Assembly (NCBI GenBank): GCA_964016885.1
Contig: OZ024743.1
Location: forward strand, 377,270,001 to 377,334,000
Direction: 5' to 3'
Origin: Eledone cirrhosa
Lineage: Eukaryota
Length of the DNA: 64,000 nt
Part shown: one piece after another, positions 60,201 through 64,000 of the stretch
Position numbering within the stretch: position 1 is the stretch's first letter
Layout of the letters: each line of letters begins with the position of its first letter
Notes under the pieces: generated by a model
Seen by the model: the letters and a program-made list of their open reading frames with translations, nothing else
Told to the model about the DNA's origin: nothing
Databases searched by the model: none
Position numbers and translations under genes: made by a program

Positions 60201-63200
60201 TTGTACTGTTGTACTGTTGTGCTGTTGTGCTGTTGTACTGTTGTACTGTTGTACTGTTGTGCTGTTGTACTGTTGTACTGTTGTGCTGTTGTGCTGTTGT
60301 ACTGTTGTGCTGTTGTGCTGTTGTACTGTTGTACTGTTGTACTGTTGTACTGTTGTACTGTTGTGTTGTTGTACTGTTGTGCTGTTGTACTGTTGTACTG
60401 TTGTACTGTTGTGTTGTTGTGCTGTTGTGCTGTTGCACTGTTGTACTGTTGTACTGTTGTGCTGTTGTGTTGTTGTACTGTTGTACTGTTGTACTGTTGT
60501 GCTGTTGTGCTGTTGTGCTGTTGTACTGTTGTACTGTTGTACTGTTGTGCTGTTGTACTGTTGTACTGTTGTGCTGTTGTACTGTTGTGCTGTTGTGCTG
60601 TTGTACTGTTGTACTGTTGTACTGTTGTACTGTTGTACTGTTGTGCTGTTGTGCTGTTGTGCTGTTGTGCTGTTGTACTGTTGTACTGTTGTGCTGTTGT
60701 ACTGTTGTGCTGTTGTGCTGTTGTACTGTTGTACTGTTGTGCTGTTGTGCTGTTGTACTGTTGTACTGTTGTGCTGTTGTGCTGTTGTACTGTTGTGCTG
60801 TTGTACTGTTGTGCTGTTGTGCTGTTGTGCTGTTGTGCTGTTGTACTGTTGTACTGTTGTGCTGTTGTACTGTTGTACTGTTGTGCTGTTGTGCTGTTGT
60901 ACTGTTGTGCTGTTGTGCTGTTGTACTGTTGTGCTGTTGTGCTGTTGTACTGTTGTACTGTTGTACTGTTGTACTGTTGTGCTGTTGTACTGTTGTACTG
61001 TTGTACTGTTGTGCTGTTGTGCTGTTGTACTGTTGTGCTGTTGTGCTGTTGTACTGTTGTACTGTTGTACTGTTGTGTTGTTGTGCTGTTGTGCTGTTGT
61101 ACTGTTGTACTGTTGTGCTGTTGTGCTGTTGTACTGTTGTGCTGTTGTACTGTTGTACTGTTGTGTTGTTGTGCTGTTGTGCTGTTGCACTGTTGTACTG
61201 TTGTACTGTTGTGCTGTTGTGGTGTTGTACTGTTGTACTGTTGTGCTGTTGTACTGTTGTACTGTTGTGCTGTTGTACTGTTGTACTGTTGTGCTGTTGT
61301 ACTGTTGTGCTGTTGTGCTGTTGTACTGTTGTGCTGTTGTGCTGTTGTACTGTTGTGCTGTTGTGCCGTTGTACTGTTGTACTGTTGTGCTGTTGTACTG
61401 TTGTACTGTTGTGCTGTTGTGCTGTTGTACTGTTGTACTGTTGTGCTGTTGTGCTGTTGTACTGTTGTGCTGTTGTACTGTTGTGCTGTTGTGCTGTTTT
61501 GCTGTTGTACTGTTGTACTGTTGTACTGTTGTGCTGTTGTACTGTTGTACTGTTGTGCTGTTGTGCTGTTGTACTGTTGTACTGTTGTGCTGTTGTACTG
61601 TTGTACTGTTGTGCTGTTGTGCTGTTGTACTGTTGTGCTGTTGTGCTGTTGTACTGTTGTGCTGTTGTGCTGTTGTACTGTTGTGCTGTTGTGCTGTTGT
61701 ACTGTTGTGCTGTTGTGCTGTTGTACTGTTGTACTGTTGTACTGTTGTACTGTTGTGCTGTTGTACTGTTGTACTGTTGTGCTGTTGTACTGTTGTGCTG
61801 TTGTGCTGTTGTACTGTTGTACTGTTGTGCTGTTGTGCTGTTGTACTGTTGTACTGTTGTGCTGTTGTGCTGTTGTACTGTTGTGCTGTTGTACTGTTGT
61901 GCTGTTGTGCTGTTGTGCTGTTGTGCTGTTGTACTGTTGTACTGTTGTGCTGTTGTGCTGTTGTACTGTTGTACTGTTGTGCTGTTGTGCTGTTGTACTG
62001 TTGTGCTGTTGTACTGTTGTGCTGTTGTGCTGTTGTACTGTTGTACTGTTGTGCTGTTGTGCTGTTGTACTGTTGTACTGTTGTACTGTTGTGCTGTTGT
62101 GCTGTTGTACTGTTGTACTGTTGTGCTGTTGTGCTGTTGTACTGTTGTACTGTTGTGCTGTTGTACTGTTGTGCTGTTGTGCTGTTGTACTGTTGTACTG
62201 TTGTGCTGTTGTGCTGTTGTACTGTTGTACTGTTGTGCTGTTGTGCTGTTGTACTGTTGTGCTGTTGTACTGTTGTGCTGTTGTACTGTTGTGCTGTTGT
62301 GCTGTTGTACTGTTGTACTGTTGTGCTGTTGTGCTGTTGTACTGTTGTACTGTTGTGCTGTTGTGCTGTTGTACTGTTGTGCTGTTGTACTGTTGTGCTG
62401 TTGTGCTGTTTTGCTGTTGTACTGTTGTACTGTTGTACTGTTGTGCTGTTGTACTGTTGTACTGTTGTGCTGTTGTGCTGTTGTACTGTTGTACTGTTGT
62501 GCTGTTGTACTGTTGTACTGTTGTGCTGTTGTGCTGTTGTACTGTTGTGCTGTTGTGCTGTTGTACTGTTGTGCTGTTGTGCTGTTGTACTGTTGTGCTG
62601 TTGTGCTGTTGTACTGTTGTACTGTTGTGCTGTTGTGCTGTTGTACTGTTGTGCTGTTGTACTGTTGTGCTGTTGTGCTGTTTTGCTGTTGTACTGTTGT
62701 ACTGTTGTACTGTTGTGCTGTTGTACTGTTGTACTGTTGTGCTGTTGTGCTGTTGTACTGTTGTGCTGTTGTGCTGTTGTACTGTTGTACTGTTGTGCTG
62801 TTGTACTGTTGTGCTGTTGTGCTGTTGTACTGTTGTGCTGTTGTACTGTTGTACTGTTGTACTGTTGTGCTGTTGTACTGTTGTACTGTTGTACTGTTGT
62901 GCTGTTGTGCTGTTGTACTGTTGTGCTGTTGTACTGTTGTGCTGTTGTACTGTTGTACTGTTGTACTGTTGTACTGTTGTGCTGTTGTACTGTTGTACTG
63001 TTGTACTGTTGTACTGTTGTGCTGTTGTACTGTTGTGCTGTTGTACTGTTGTGCTGTTGTACTGTTGTACTGTTGTGCTGTTGTACTGTTGTGCTGTTGT
63101 ACTGTTGTGCTGTTGTACTGTTGTACTGTTGTGCTGTTGTACTGTTGTGCTGTTGTGCTGTTGTACTGTTGTACTGTTGTACTGTTGTACTGTTGTACTG

Positions 63201-64000
63201 TTGTGTTGTTGTGCTGTTGTACTGTTGTACTGTTGTGCTGTTGTACTGTTGTACTGTTGTGTTGTTGTACTGTTGTGCTGTTGTACTGTTGTACTGTTGT
63301 ACTGTTGTACTGTTGTACTGTTGTGCTGTTGTGCTGTTGTGCTGTTGTACTGTTGTACTGTTGTGCTGTTGTACTGTTGTACTGTTGTGCTGTTGTACTG
63401 TTGTGCTGTTGTACTGTTGTGCTGTTGTACTGTTGTACTGTTGTACTGTTGTACTGTTGTACTATTGTACTGTTGTGCTGTTGTACTGTTGTGCTGTTGT
63501 ACTGTTGTGCTGTTGTACTGTTGTGCTGTTGTACTGTTGTACTGTTGTACTGTTGTACTGTTGTACTGTTGTGCTGTTGTGCTGTTGTACTGTTGTACTG
63601 TTGTACTGTTGTACTGTTGTGCTGTTGTGCTGTTGTACTGTTGTGCTGTTGTGCTGTTGTGCTGTTGTACTGTTGTACTGTTGTACTGTTGTACTGTTGT
63701 ACTGTTGTGCTGTTGTACTGTTGTACTGTTGTACTGTTGTACTGTTGTGCTGTTGTGCTGTTGTACTGTTGTACTGTTGTACTGTTGTACTGTTGTGCTG
63801 TTGTACTGTTGTAATGTTGTGCTGTTGTACTGTTGTACTGTTGTACTGTTGTACTGTTGTACTGTTGTACTGTTGTACTGTTGTGCTGTTGTACTGTTGT
63901 ACTGTTGTACTGTTGTGCTGTTGTACTGTTGTACTGTTGTGCTGTTGTACTGTTGTACTGTTGTACTGTTGTACTGTTGTACTGTTGTACTGTTGTGCTG
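42271..64000. repeat. 8-bp satellite (TGTTGTGC/TGTTGTAC/TGTTGTGT)n, >21.7 kb, running off the window
   Basis: Uninterrupted octamer array with rare point variants and no insertions seen. Confidence 0.98.

Noticed and set aside
42252-63814. Huge ORFs (up to 4961 aa) of CCCAVVLL / QQHNSTTA repeats
   Set aside because: They are open in all six frames because the octamer lacks stop codons. This is a satellite artefact.

Overview
Repeat-dominated eukaryotic genomic DNA with no recognisable host gene. The SINE family and microsatellite spectrum suggest an octopus or other cephalopod (inference). An 8.2-kb C/A-rich cryptic minisatellite opens the window and a >21.7-kb 8-bp satellite (TGTTGTRC)n closes it; these produce the giant ORFs, which are probably spurious. 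Between them lie decayed retroelements. (1) A ~7.9-kb Tx1/L1-clade LINE sits inside a (GATA)n microsatellite and is a fusion of two diverged subfamily copies. (2) Penelope-like remnants carry minimal type I hammerhead ribozymes; one at 11017-11067 has an intact fold. (3) At least seven same-strand copies of a non-autonomous RTE-derived element sit almost entirely within (ACAT)n tracts; they include a SINE-LINE chimera and a twin-priming-type inversion. (4) There are also RTE LINE fragments, tRNA-type SINEs, a pogo/Tigger-like MITE and several long inverted repeats. All identities and divergences are by-eye estimates; no database search was run.
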